Shown here one piece after another: positions 12,601 to 24,692 of a DNA stretch of 64,000 bases. The first letter of the stretch is position 1; every line of letters starts with the position of its first letter. The position numbers were made by a program, and so were the translations under genes. This DNA is from Bigelowiella natans CCMP2755 (lineage: Eukaryota; Protista; Cercozoa), in assembly GCA_000320545.1 (NCBI GenBank), contig ADNK01000036.1, forward strand, positions 62,001-126,000, read 5' to 3'. A model generated the notes under the pieces. The model searched no databases, was not told the DNA's origin, and saw only the letters and a list, made by a program, of their open reading frames with translations.

Positions 12601-13782
12601 ATCACAGAATCTACCAAAACACTAGAGCATAAGGGAGGGGAATTCATCACACCTCTTCCCTCTTCTAGATATGAGCATAAATTATTCTTTTGTTTTGCCT
12701 TTTTCTCATCGTACAGGTGCTGCAATAGCACCGGGGGAGGGAATAGCAGCACATGTTCATTCTCCGATGTTTCCGCGGCGCTCTCTGAGCGAACGCTTGG
12801 TTCAGAAACAGGTTACATTCACGATTTCAACTTCTCTCTGACTGTGACAGAGGCCCGCCAGGTCATCGTGCTTATCAAATACAAAGACCATTACCTGCTC
12901 ATAGCCTAATAAATATGGCTTTCTGCCTTTTCCGAAAATATCTAAATATTGTATATATATTGTATATTGTAGTGCCCTGTGTACGTGTGTGCGTGCGTGT
13001 GTTATTCTTCTTGCCATGCTCCTCCATGTGTACCTTATTGATTCTCTGCTTCGCCTTGTTCTATCATGTTCAGGAAGTCGCAACACTGAAGCAAGTGCGG
13101 TGGATTGACTCCCTTACGCGCACATTGGATATACTACTGACAGCGTACAACCCGAACCTCAAACGGTCGGTCCTGTTTCCTCCTCTAGCCTCATACGCAC
13201 GCATATAGCCCCTTCTCCATAGTTACTATGCTCACCCCCTCGTAGTTTCAACGATGGGGTTATCGTCTCACAATTTCTCTCCTCAGGTTTATGGCCATTG
13301 ACCTGCTCCTTGAAACAAGTCTCGTTGGCTATATGGATGGGAGCTTTCAGATACGTGTTCTCGATCTCGGCCCTTACGATCAAAACAGCCCGGACTATGG
13401 TCTAGCCGATGTTTACTTCTATATGTATTCTATGTCACGGCCTTTCATCATCCACGTAAACTGTTTACTTCTCTCTCTTCATAAATATTATATAAATATA
13501 CATATATATGAATCTGATTGTGTGTAGACTCACGGATGGCTATGGATGTGATTTGGGTCTTTTTGGTGTCGCTCCTGCTGCTGGGGAACCTCCTCAAGGT
13601 GGGTCGCTCCTAAGTCGGCATCATGTCGATGTATGCTGCCTCATCCTGCTCGTATATGTTCCTGCAAATGCAGTGCGAGTAACCACATTGTAGCATTGTT
13701 CCCGCAAAACTGTATCACGCGGTTTATGCTTGTGAGATCATAGACTATTTCCCCTTCTTCCCAAGAAGAATAGATACAAACA

Positions 13783-13813
<31 letters not shown>

Positions 13814-14256
13814 CACACACACACACACCAATTGCATAACACACGATAGACTAGCTCAGTGCTCCTGCTTCCTGGAAATCGTTTTCGGAACATGTGGGAA
13901 TACATGGACATGGGTAATAGTAGTAGTAGTAGAGGTAGTAGTAGTAGTAGTAGTAGTAGTAGTAAGAGGAGAGTAGTGCCAGAAATACAAGGAACGCGGA
14001 CGCTTACTCACTAAACATCCGTTCAGGAATAAGAATACCTCCTCTTCCTTTCTTCTTCTTCTTCTTCTTCTTCTAGGCACCCCAATCGGCATCGTGGTGT
14101 CGGTGTTTGATTTCATCCTGATCGGAATATTCCTGGAAATGTACAACCATGAGGAGCGTTCCCACGTGCTAGATACGCTGCATGCCTACAGTGATGGTGG
14201 AGAAGACCAACCGCGCCGCCGCTTTGTGAATCCAGCTTTCACATCGTAAGTCTACG

Positions 14257-14303
<47 letters not shown>

Positions 14304-14892
14304 GTATGTGTGTGAAAGGTGTATTGTATGAGATTGATGTGAAGGCTGTTTCACGTTTTGCCCGTCTTGCAGGTATGTGAGCCTATCACAGCTAGCGGAG
14401 CTTGATGAGGAGCTCTACAGTTTTGCATCGATCCTCCTTCTTCTCCACGTATGACATTCTACAAGAATCTCAATCCCCATGATCAAACCGATCTTGTTGG
14501 ACATCCAAGATACTGAAAAGAGAAGGGGAGAGAAGGGGCGGGGGGGGAAGGGGGGGGGGGAGATGGGAGAGCGAACTCGCACAAAACTGTTCCCAAAACT
14601 GACTGTTCTGTGCGATTTTGGCTCTTTCCAGATATTGATGGCCTTGCACACATTTCGAGTAACTCTTCGAGCGGAGCAGCTCATGAACTCATTGGGCAAG
14701 GTTCAATTCAAACGGTTTTCTTTCTTTTGGGGGGGGGCGGGGGGGGAGGGTTAGTATTCATTTGTTGGATGAGTATCAACTCTCCGCCGGAAATTTGATT
14801 TCGTAGGCGATTCCTGATGTTCTTGGATTCGGGCCCCTTTATCTGGTTATCATCGTTGGATACGCGCTTGCCGGGTAATGCAAACACGAACA

Positions 14893-14935
<43 letters not shown>

Positions 14936-15922
14936 ACCGTAGAGAGATGCACGCGACCAGTGTAGAAACAGGAGATAAACAGGGGATGGATGTCCTTTTT
15001 TCGGAGAGAGCTCGTTTGACATGCATGACCCCATATGTATCTACCAGAGACGATCCTTCCTCAATGGTGCAAATACTTTCCCTAACTCCCCGTCCGTCTC
15101 TAGATACATTCTGTACGGCTCTATGCTGGCCTCCTTCAGTACCGTGTCGAACGCATTTTTCTCCGTGTTCCAGCTTAACTTTGGTCTGCTAGACATCACG
15201 CCCTTGGTAGTACGTGAGTACGTAATAACGGCAAGAGGAACATGAGGAGGAGGAGGAGAGGGACAGAGGACCGCGCATCCATCATTTTCTGTCACCATCA
15301 CCCGACTCATCACCGCCGCCACTTCTTACAATACCATAATTGCAGCATGAACAAGCAACTCTAGGGTCGAAGCTGTACTTGGCGACGAGTTTAATAGTCT
15401 TCACCATGATCCTTCTCAATATCGTTCTGAGCATCATTATGAGGGTAGGGAAGATCAATCGGCATGTATTCAATCATTGACTCTTTCCTTCTTATTTCTT
15501 CCGACCTTCTTATCCCAAATCTCCTTTTTACCAAAACAACAGGCTTGGGAGGTGGCCAATCTTGAGATGGAGCATAGGAAAAGCCTTCATGCACTTGGTG
15601 ATAGAATCAACGTTGGTTTTGTTTCCATGTCGTCCGCCAACCCTCTCTTACCCTCTTTCCCACACCCCCTCCTCCGCCTTCACAGGATTCACCAACTGCA
15701 CCGTCATTTCAGTTCTTCGTGACCTGCTGCAGAGTACCACTCGCATTAGAATCTTCGCCATGGCTTTGAGAGATAAAAATATTGACGGTTGGGTTAAGGG
15801 TGATAAAGACAGCGCTCCGACTATCTCGCGACTGGCGCTCAAGGTACGCAATGAGAAGATTCGAAGCGCCCTTACCTTCCCCTTCCCTCTCTCTTTCTCC
15901 CTCTTCTGTTGTATGCTCCTAC

Positions 15923-15957
<35 letters not shown>

Positions 15958-16339
15958 GTGTGTGCGTGTGTGTGTTTGTAATTGAATCCGCCCTTATTGT
16001 AAATTCAGCGTGCAATAGAGAAAAATGGGTTTGGCAGTGATCTTGAGAGTCGAGTCTTGACCTGGTTTTCTCTGGACAATGTCATTGCTTCAAAGGTCTC
16101 TCCAGCAAACATAATTCATTTTCAGTGTTGCCACATATGAAATCATTTTAAATGGGTAGGCCGTTATGCAGCTTGACGGCAAAGAACATAAATTTATGGA
16201 AGAGAACATAAAGAGCGCTGAGATGAAGCTAGCTAGGACCGGTCCTCTCAACCAGGTTGAGCTTACCAAGATCACTACCTCGGATTCAAAATTGAACAGC
16301 CCGACAACAGGAACTCCCTTCGTTGCTCCTAATATTTAA
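10882..16339 (+). CDS. Polycystin cation channel (PKD2/TRPP-like), multi-exon
   Basis: TOP-domain motifs YDWMNEILIPN, MIGSLRLVQTR and LKQVRWIDSLTRTLDILLTAYNPNL. Pore region YILYGSMLASFSTVSNAFFSVFQLNFG and S6 IVFTMILLNIVLSII. Stop TAA at 16337-16339; start codon uncertain. Confidence 0.85.
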
Positions 16340-17014
16340 ATAATAAGCAAAACTTTCATACCCACACGCACACGAAGCTATCGTCATTGTGCGTCATGAT
16401 CGATGTGCGCGTCTAGCTGACATGGCAAAGCGGTTACAGCAGCGCTCATGTAAAACAATGCTATGCGACCTGTGTGATGACACTCACATACTACACATCA
16501 AGAGGCACATATTTGCATTTGTGTGGAATACTATTAGTCTACTTGGCTTTTTTTTTTTTTTTATATCTAGCCTAGCATTGCATATCACAGGCACTATGGC
16601 GCATCTGGCATACGTCTTGCGATGTGCGTACATAGACGTGCTGGCGTGGCCGCTTACTAGCTTACAGCGAATGCATCAGGCTCGATCTGTCGATCGACCT
16701 AGTAGGTCGAGGACGGCAAGTGTCAACGATGATGCGATCACACCACAACTATAGATTGGCAGTAGTCCTGGTAGTGATATGCCACATTGTAGTCTATTTC
16801 TAAGAAGTCTTTCTACGTGTCATGAATGTCAGCCTGCCATCCATAACATGTTGCGTTCACCGCGCATGAATGGCCGCCATTAGTCACTGCTGCTGCTCGT
16901 GCTGAGCGGTGTATTTCATGGCATCAGTTAGAGGATGATCAATGACCTGTCGATGATACATAAACCGGCATGCAAAACCAAATTCGACAAGATGTGTAGA
17001 ATCAGAACTGGTCA

Positions 17015-18342
17015 TCACTGTGAGTATATGTACTCCACTGCACGAGCTAAGCTCCAGCCATTCCTGCCCAGAGCCTCTCTGGCTTTATCTTCCGGAATCC
17101 CCATTTCGACAAGCTGCCCCACAACCTCTTGTTGACGTTCTGCAGAGGGTAAGCTACCTCCATCCCCACCGAACGCCGCTCCTCCTTGGAATGTTTGTTT
17201 CTTAGGAGCAAGGACAATCACCTAGAATGAAGAAGAACACTTAAGAATAATAATAATCGCACTGGTTCGCGGTCTGTTTTGATATACTTCCATATTACAC
17301 TAAATCTTCCATCCTTAGGTGAGAATGCCACAAATTTCCTCACGATCTTAAGAGCGTCCTCCACAAACGAAGTCCTGGAGGTAGCCCCTGCGATGCGCCG
17401 AAGAGAGCTTTGTCAGTATTATTTTTTTTTAAAAATAGAAGAGATAAAAACATCCAGCTTCTTCGGATCCCCATAAAATGAATCAATACAACGCTCACCG
17501 TGAGCAATGGGCTGTGACTTGCGGCCATCAAGTTCATAGAGGACATCCTTTACCTGCTCACGGTGTTTTTAGCACCCAACGTGGGGAGAAGATTGGGAAT
17601 GACGAAACGGCATTATGAGGTACGCATGACTAACATGCGGAGCTTTGCGCTCCAACTGCATGACGGACATGGGCTTCATTGCCACAATATATGTATATAT
17701 GTATGTATTTAGTTCCTTCTTCACAGATGATGCTGAGCATGCTACCGTGCATGCAGAATGCTTTGGTTGTTGTCGATTTACCATGACAAAGGATATGAAG
17801 TGTAGGTTTGCGAAGGCCCGCGCAGTAGCCTGAGATCAGATAATGATTAAGTGTACACTGCTGCTCTCATGAAGATTTTGCAAGTTACACGTTTGCTCAG
17901 AGATAAGCACATGCTTCACGACTTAGTTTCTCTCTTTATCGGTAAATGAAAACACCGCCGCTACTGTTGACCTCCCCCCCATCCGTCAAAACCATCAATA
18001 TTGATTCTCGCCACAGCTTTCGAACCTCTTCCCCCCCCCCCCCCCACACCGCTCAACAGGTATGCCTCATCAAAACACACCACCAACAATCAGTCATACC
18101 TTGGTTTTTCCAGCTTTCGCAACGACTTCGTGCTCTTCCTCGAGATCTTTATTGCTCGCCTAATTGAAATCAACATTCACTATCCGCATATGATGCCATT
18201 GCATAAAAATTATTTTCAGATTTGGGTACTACCAGAGCCTTGGCCCTTTCCTCCGAGTCCATCTGTTTGGTCTCCGACAAAAACTTGGCAAAGAACTGAT
18301 AATAGCAACATTGTAGCAACATTGATGATATACATCTATGTT

Positions 18343-18373
<31 letters not shown>

Positions 18374-18447
18374 TTATGTATTGACAACCTTGCCATCCTG
18401 CAGCTTCATTCTATCAGAATTATTCAATACCGCATGCAGTAGCCCTG

Positions 18448-18489
<42 letters not shown>

Positions 18490-20252
18490 TGTTGTTGGGA
18501 ATGTGGCGGTCATTACGATCAAAACCCATCATCACGTCACTGCAGAAATGGAGGGACTATCGGCGTAATTCAACGGTTCTGACAACAGCTGAGCCGTGTC
18601 GTCGTAGAACATAAGAAATCAAACGTTTTTCTTCCGAACGTCTCGCTATTGCAGAGCACATATCCCAGCACATATCCCACAATAATAGTAATAATAATGA
18701 TGATGCTAATAGTTTCTAATTTCTGTACGATTCTCCTTCCTCAGATTCTGCTCCTTCATCATCATCTTCTTCTTCTTCTCTGCTTATCATTACCGATAGT
18801 CCCGCAAGCATTTCCCACCGTTTGTTTGACGTGGTAAACGCCTTCAGGCTTCTAATAATTGATGATGAGGAGGATGGCGTTGATAATGATGATGGTAACC
18901 AGAGCATTGTTGATGTCACATGATCATTCATATAATGCACGCCTCTTCACAAATAGCAGACCATCGGTACACGGCTACAACCCACCCCTGCTTTCTGTTC
19001 CTCAAGCTTCTTTTGCTCCTCCACGCGGGCCTAGGATGATGATGGTGAAGAAGATGATGATGATGACGACGACGACGACGACGATGGTGTGCAAGACATT
19101 CATCAGCTCGTCGGTCGTTCGTACGGAGTAATTATAACCAAAACAGGCAAAACCGCTACTCTGTTTTTCTAGAGGGTTCTGAGGCACAACGCACGCACAC
19201 AACAACTCACTCATCTGGTATGAACTACTCATGTTGCTGTTGGCCGTGAGTCGTTGTTTTGTGTCTTCGTTTTACAGGCACCGATTGATTACCTTCTCAC
19301 TGGCCTCGGTTATGGGAAATAGTAGCATGATTGCTAGTATCGGGGTCGGCACATGAATCATATCTGATGAAAGGATAAACGAGGGCGATGATGCGTGAAT
19401 ATACGGTGAGCATTATATTCTCTGAGTTGTCGTCGATTGATGATGGTGCTGATGGCTATTTGAACGTCAACAGACGTACCAAGGTTTTCCTTTTTTTTTT
19501 TAATCTACGACAAGAAGCAGGTTTCTTGTTTTTTTTTTCCTTCCTACCTTGGGGAGTCAAGCCGAACACATCGTGGAATTCCCACCTGCTCGGTTAGATA
19601 AAGCATTAGGGCGTGAGGAGAAGGCCACTTGTCGGGAAGAAGGAAAGAAAGAGGTGGTGGTTTCATACGTGATGTAGACGCATAGGTATATGTGTAGCAT
19701 CGGGCTATTCTTTTAAGTTATTGGGCGGCTCTAAAAGCAGAAAGGGAGAACCCCTCCCTGCTGAACTCATCTCAGCGATTTCTCTCCGGAATCATTCATA
19801 ATCCCCAGGACGATCCCAATATACATCCTTTTACATTCTCAGTGCTGCTGTTGTTCCTATGTTCGTTGTGTGCTACTGCTGTTATCGTATTGATACTTAC
19901 TGGTTCGTATCCACCCCCAAAACCTTCATATAACGGTTCACCAATTCTAACAACAACAACAACAACAACAACAAGAAGAGGAAGAAGATACATTCAGCAC
20001 TAAGGAATTGCTGGCGCGGACAAAACGATTGGTAAAGGGAAAGTCGCATAATTTGAAATTCGCTTGTAAGAGGGAAATGTATGTGAGTGTGAAGAGTGGG
20101 GGGGGAAGGAGCAAGCTTTGGATACTGCTACTGCAACTACTACTCGGGTCATTCTCAAGTGGTAGCCAATTCTTCCTTTTGACGATCTTCTTCTTTGTGT
20201 CTCCTTTCTCCTGTATGTGACAGTACTTAAGTGCTGGGTAAGGCTTTGCTTA

Positions 20253-20294
<42 letters not shown>

Positions 20295-20833
20295 CATTAT
20301 GATCTATTCATCTCCTCTACATATGCATTGCATGTATGCATACGACGACGAAAATATGGAAGAGAAGGTGATCATGATGATAATGATGATGATGGTGATG
20401 AACACCACCACCACCAACAATCAATATTATGATTTCTTGTCGTAGACACACACACCAAACAAAGTTATAGTTTATGCAGGCATTGAAGGGAGTGCTTTAC
20501 CGTTTCTGCTGTTGTTGTTGTTGTTGCTGTTGCATTGGATGCTCCTTCCCCAGTTTGTGAAGACGCAGGCTTACTTCCATTTTCATCGCTCTGCTCCTTC
20601 TTGCCATCATCTTTAGCCTCTTTCTTTTCCGAGGACGATGATGATGATGATGATGATTTTCCCTCATAAGCTTTAAGCATCTTGCGATAGGCTGCCAGGG
20701 CTGTGTCCAGCTCCGACTAATAGTGGTTTATTATTATGTGCTATCATTGCTGTCATTCGTGTTGTTTGTTTGCGACTCCTCGAATGTACGTATATTGTTA
20801 TGCTGACAGTCGTTCTTCCGTTCTCTTCTTATA

Positions 20834-20873
<40 letters not shown>

Positions 20874-22015
20874 CCTCTGTCCCTCTGTGCATTGTTTTAT
20901 CCCCCCCTCCTCCTCCTCCTCCTTCTTCTTCTTCACCTGGAACTGATCTGGGGGCACAAGACTTGAGAGCTTCCGGAACTGGCACACACATTCGATTTGA
21001 TATACGACAGACCACACCACCAACACGACGACAAAGATGAATGAGTGGGTAGATGATGTATGGATGATGGATATCGGATATGTTTTCACCCTTCACCTCC
21101 CACCTCCCACTTTATTAGTTCCCCGTCCTCATTATGATATCGTTATCATATTGTTATCATCATCGCTGCAGCGACGTAGTTGAATGTACAGCGTAAAACA
21201 TCAATGTAGTACATACGTGTATGCACACAAACACACACACACACACACAAGCATATGTGTGTGTGTGTGTGTGTGTGTATTTGTATGAATTACATACACA
21301 TACATACATACACAAATCACATCTAGTGCCCACCTGATCAATTTGGAACTGAACCCACATGTCCTTCGTCAATCCCTTCGGCGCAGGTTTGACGCCACTG
21401 AATAGCGCATTATCATCGCAGGATACAAACCATCCATGACAAAGATGCGGATGACGATGATGATGACTATGAGCATGGTGACGATAATGATGAATGATGA
21501 TGATGATGTTGACGACATCTAAACCTACGCAAAACGATGGAAAAGAACATGCGCACTACTACTTAAGTTGGGCCATGATGAAGAAATCTTTTGCCTTCCT
21601 TTCAGCTACTGCTGCAGGAATCTTCCGCGGTGCCGTGGTTTGGAAGAATTTGGATAGTTTCTTCACGTCTATAAAACCTGCGATGGTTTGATATTATTAG
21701 TTTAGTAGTTCTTAACGTGGGAAGCGCTATGCAAAAAGACGTCGTGTTTTTTTAATTTCAATCTTGTGTGCATGATGTTCCACAGGAGATCGGATTGGTG
21801 GGATGGATGTAGGTTGGGTCCATCCACATTCTCTAGGGCATTACACGCACATTCTCTTATTTCGATTTCAAATGACTTAAATTACCTGTGCCGTCCGCAT
21901 CGGCGAGCGGGAATACCTTCTCCAGCAATTTCTTCGCTTCTTTCAGACTGTGTTATATGGTTGTGTTTTTGCATTAGTGTGTTGAGAAACTTGTTTGAAT
22001 GTGCTTTTCGATCAT
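17015..22015 (-). CDS. Ubiquitin C-terminal hydrolase (UCH-L3/peptidase C12) with N-terminal EF-hand-like loop and C-terminal UBA
   Basis: WLPLENDP, WEFHDVFGL, ILAIMLLFPIT, catalytic KQTVGNACGTIGLLHAVLNN, LHFISFV, VLYELDGRK. C-terminal QLVEMGIPEDKAREALGRNGWSLARAVEYI (UBA) and N-terminal DADGTGFIDVKKL. The start is ambiguous (see findings). Confidence 0.85.
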
Positions 22016-22169
22016 CGCTTGAAGACCCTCAACCCTCCTCAAAAGTTCTACTGTGATTCCCAATGTTTACTGGGAACCACCGACGATTTTTGGTCGCCGA
22101 AGGGTAGAGCTACCACTCGCAAAACAAAAAAATCGTTGATTCTGATAGAATCGTTCACATCGTTATTCT

Positions 22170-22479
22170 TCATATCTCGATGCTTCTGTACCCTGGCTGA
22201 TCATCCGCCGGTGTTTGTCCTTGAGCTGAACTCCCTCCTGCCCCACCAGCACTGCTCCCCCCCCCTCCTCCTCCTCCTCCTCCTCCTCCTCCTCCTCCTC
22301 CTGGTACAGGCATCGTCGGTATCCCACCCCCCCCCCCACCGAAGCCACCAAAGCCCCCCCCCCCAATTGGAGGCATATTTATTCCACCCCCCCCGGGTAT
22401 CACCGGCATTCCACGCCCACCCGCGCCCATTCCAGGAGCACCCCCTTGCCCTGAGGGGTAAGAAAAGAGGCAACCATTA

Positions 22480-22520
<41 letters not shown>

Positions 22521-23728
22521 AAACTTTTTGGTCATCTGAACAGAGGGTAAATCGTTACCCATGAGAAGCCGGAGATCACCAAGGGCTCTCATCTTGAGTT
22601 CATCATCGGACATACGCTCTACTTGTGTGCGCAAGGCTGGATTTCCAGCGGCATCGGCCTGGGCCAACATAGCCTGTTTTGGTGTTGATGAGAGTGGTCG
22701 AAGAATAAGAGTTTAGAAACTGCTGTTCTTCTAGACGTTCGCTATAAATGGATGGCATCATACCTGTCGTAATTGCGCTGCAAATCCTGGCTGCTGCATC
22801 GCGGCGAGCTGGGTTGTTATAACAGAGGAATAAGAACCATTAAATCATAGACAACAGAACCAAAAGAGTACAGCATCGGTGCTAGTCTAGATCAATTACA
22901 ATTAGTTGCTGCATCATCGGGTTCTGTGCGAGTTGTTCCGGATTGCCTGATATGTGCGAAAGATGTCAAAACAAGTCATTGAGCAAAATAGCAGGGAGAT
23001 GTTCAGGCTTATTTTGCTGGCATTATATTTTTGACAAAAGCTACCTGGAATCCCGGGGAGGTTTGGCATCATTCCGCGGCCACCTGCCCCTGGTCGAGGT
23101 CGTCGTCCTTGCCCTGCCCTCTGAGCCTTCGCTTCCATATCCTATCATGTGCGGAACAGAAGAAAAGTTTCATGCGCCTACAAGTAATATAAGTAGGTGT
23201 TACTTGCTACCCATGTCCGAGCTAGGAACGGTGCCTTTTGTACAAAATCATTTTCCTTCGCAAGAAAAACGACTACTTTTTTCGCCGCGAATGGGTCGAT
23301 ATTGCACTCGGAGATACTCATATTCTCTTCCAGCACTGTACCGTCGTAAACCAACACCAGACGCTCCGCTGTCCCAAGCTGAAAGTAAAACTCGTATCAA
23401 TGGGCTTGAATGTATTATTGCCCACTTTGTTATGAAAGATTCTTTAATGTCAGTAGGATGCAAACGATCAAAGCGAATTCTTTTCACACACATCTTTCTT
23501 TTTCTTCAACCTGATATTCTCCCTCAAGCTTCTTTTTAAATGATCGAATCTGAAATGACAAGGATATAGGTTAGCGTGCGAGATCATAAGTAAGCATGCA
23601 AGAACAATCGGCTAGTATTATAGCATCCTCATAGATTATATACCCACCGTATCATCTTCATTCACCGTAATCTCGAGCTCCTTCTCTTCAAGGGTCTGGA
23701 GTTTGACCTCCACCGACTTGCCTGGCAT
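22170..23728 (-). CDS. Ubiquitin-like (UBL) + STI1-like + Gly-rich protein (ubiquilin/Rad23-like N-terminal half)
   Basis: MPGKSVEVKLQTLEEKELEITVNEDDT|IRSFKKKLEGEYQ|LGTAERLVLVYDGTVLEENMSISECNI (UBL), then GNPEQLAQNPMMQQL (STI1-like) and poly-Gly at about 22256-22400. Confidence 0.7.
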
Positions 23729-24692
23729 CTGATTTGTTCAATGTTGGCAGGCACAAGATGGCGGTGGAATAAGAACTAGGAGATAATGAACTGTGCAACG
23801 GTGTTGCAAACCCTAGTTGTTGGGGCCTCCTTCTTTTCGAAATGGGTACGAGTAGCCACTGAGGAAGGGTCTTAAGATTTGGATGTTGCAAATCCTTGAA
23901 GTGACTGTGCGCGACAACATTCGGTGAGACCATCTTACGTCAACTATATTTTCTTGTCGCACTCTTATAACCTACTATTTTAGGAATGACCAGGGTTTCA
24001 GCTCGATTGATTGCTTTTAAAAGCTTACGAAACATGCGAATTATTAGATGATGGCAATTTATGTTCCCGCTGTATCCTCAAAATTGAGGATAATTCTATC
24101 ATATCTCTAGCGCAATTGAAATTCAATGCCAGGATGGGAAATTGCGGCTTGTAAATGCCAAAAGGTAGATCTATGCCTGCACACATCCATGGACATCTTG
24201 CTTTACAATTTCCATCAGAAAGTCCTGCGATTGAACGAAGCAGTATTTAGGTATCAAAATAGCCTGCAAAAAGTACAACTCGAAGGATCGAGCGCTGCAG
24301 CCTTTGGCTTACGCGCTACACAGTCTTTACAGATTAAGGCACAACTAAAAGGTTCTGTGAGAAGTGGAAATTACTCTGCGTGCATCTTGGGATATATGCA
24401 ATAATTTGTAGAAGTCGTAGTACGTATTTTTATTTAATTATACCTGTAGTACTTCTTCGGACTTAAACTTGTGGGCTGGTTATCGAATTTCATTTCAACC
24501 TACGACAATACTTTCTTTAAGTCGTATATAGAACAATAGCGTATACTGATAGTTGACGCCTTGCGTGGGGGAAGAATGGCGCCGAGCAAGGCAAGGGCAT
24601 CCTCCTAAGTTGATTATAACCAGGTTGCGGAACAATCCCAAAGACTAGGCGCAGCTGGAAAGGGGTTTAAAACCTACAATTGTACTTCCAGT

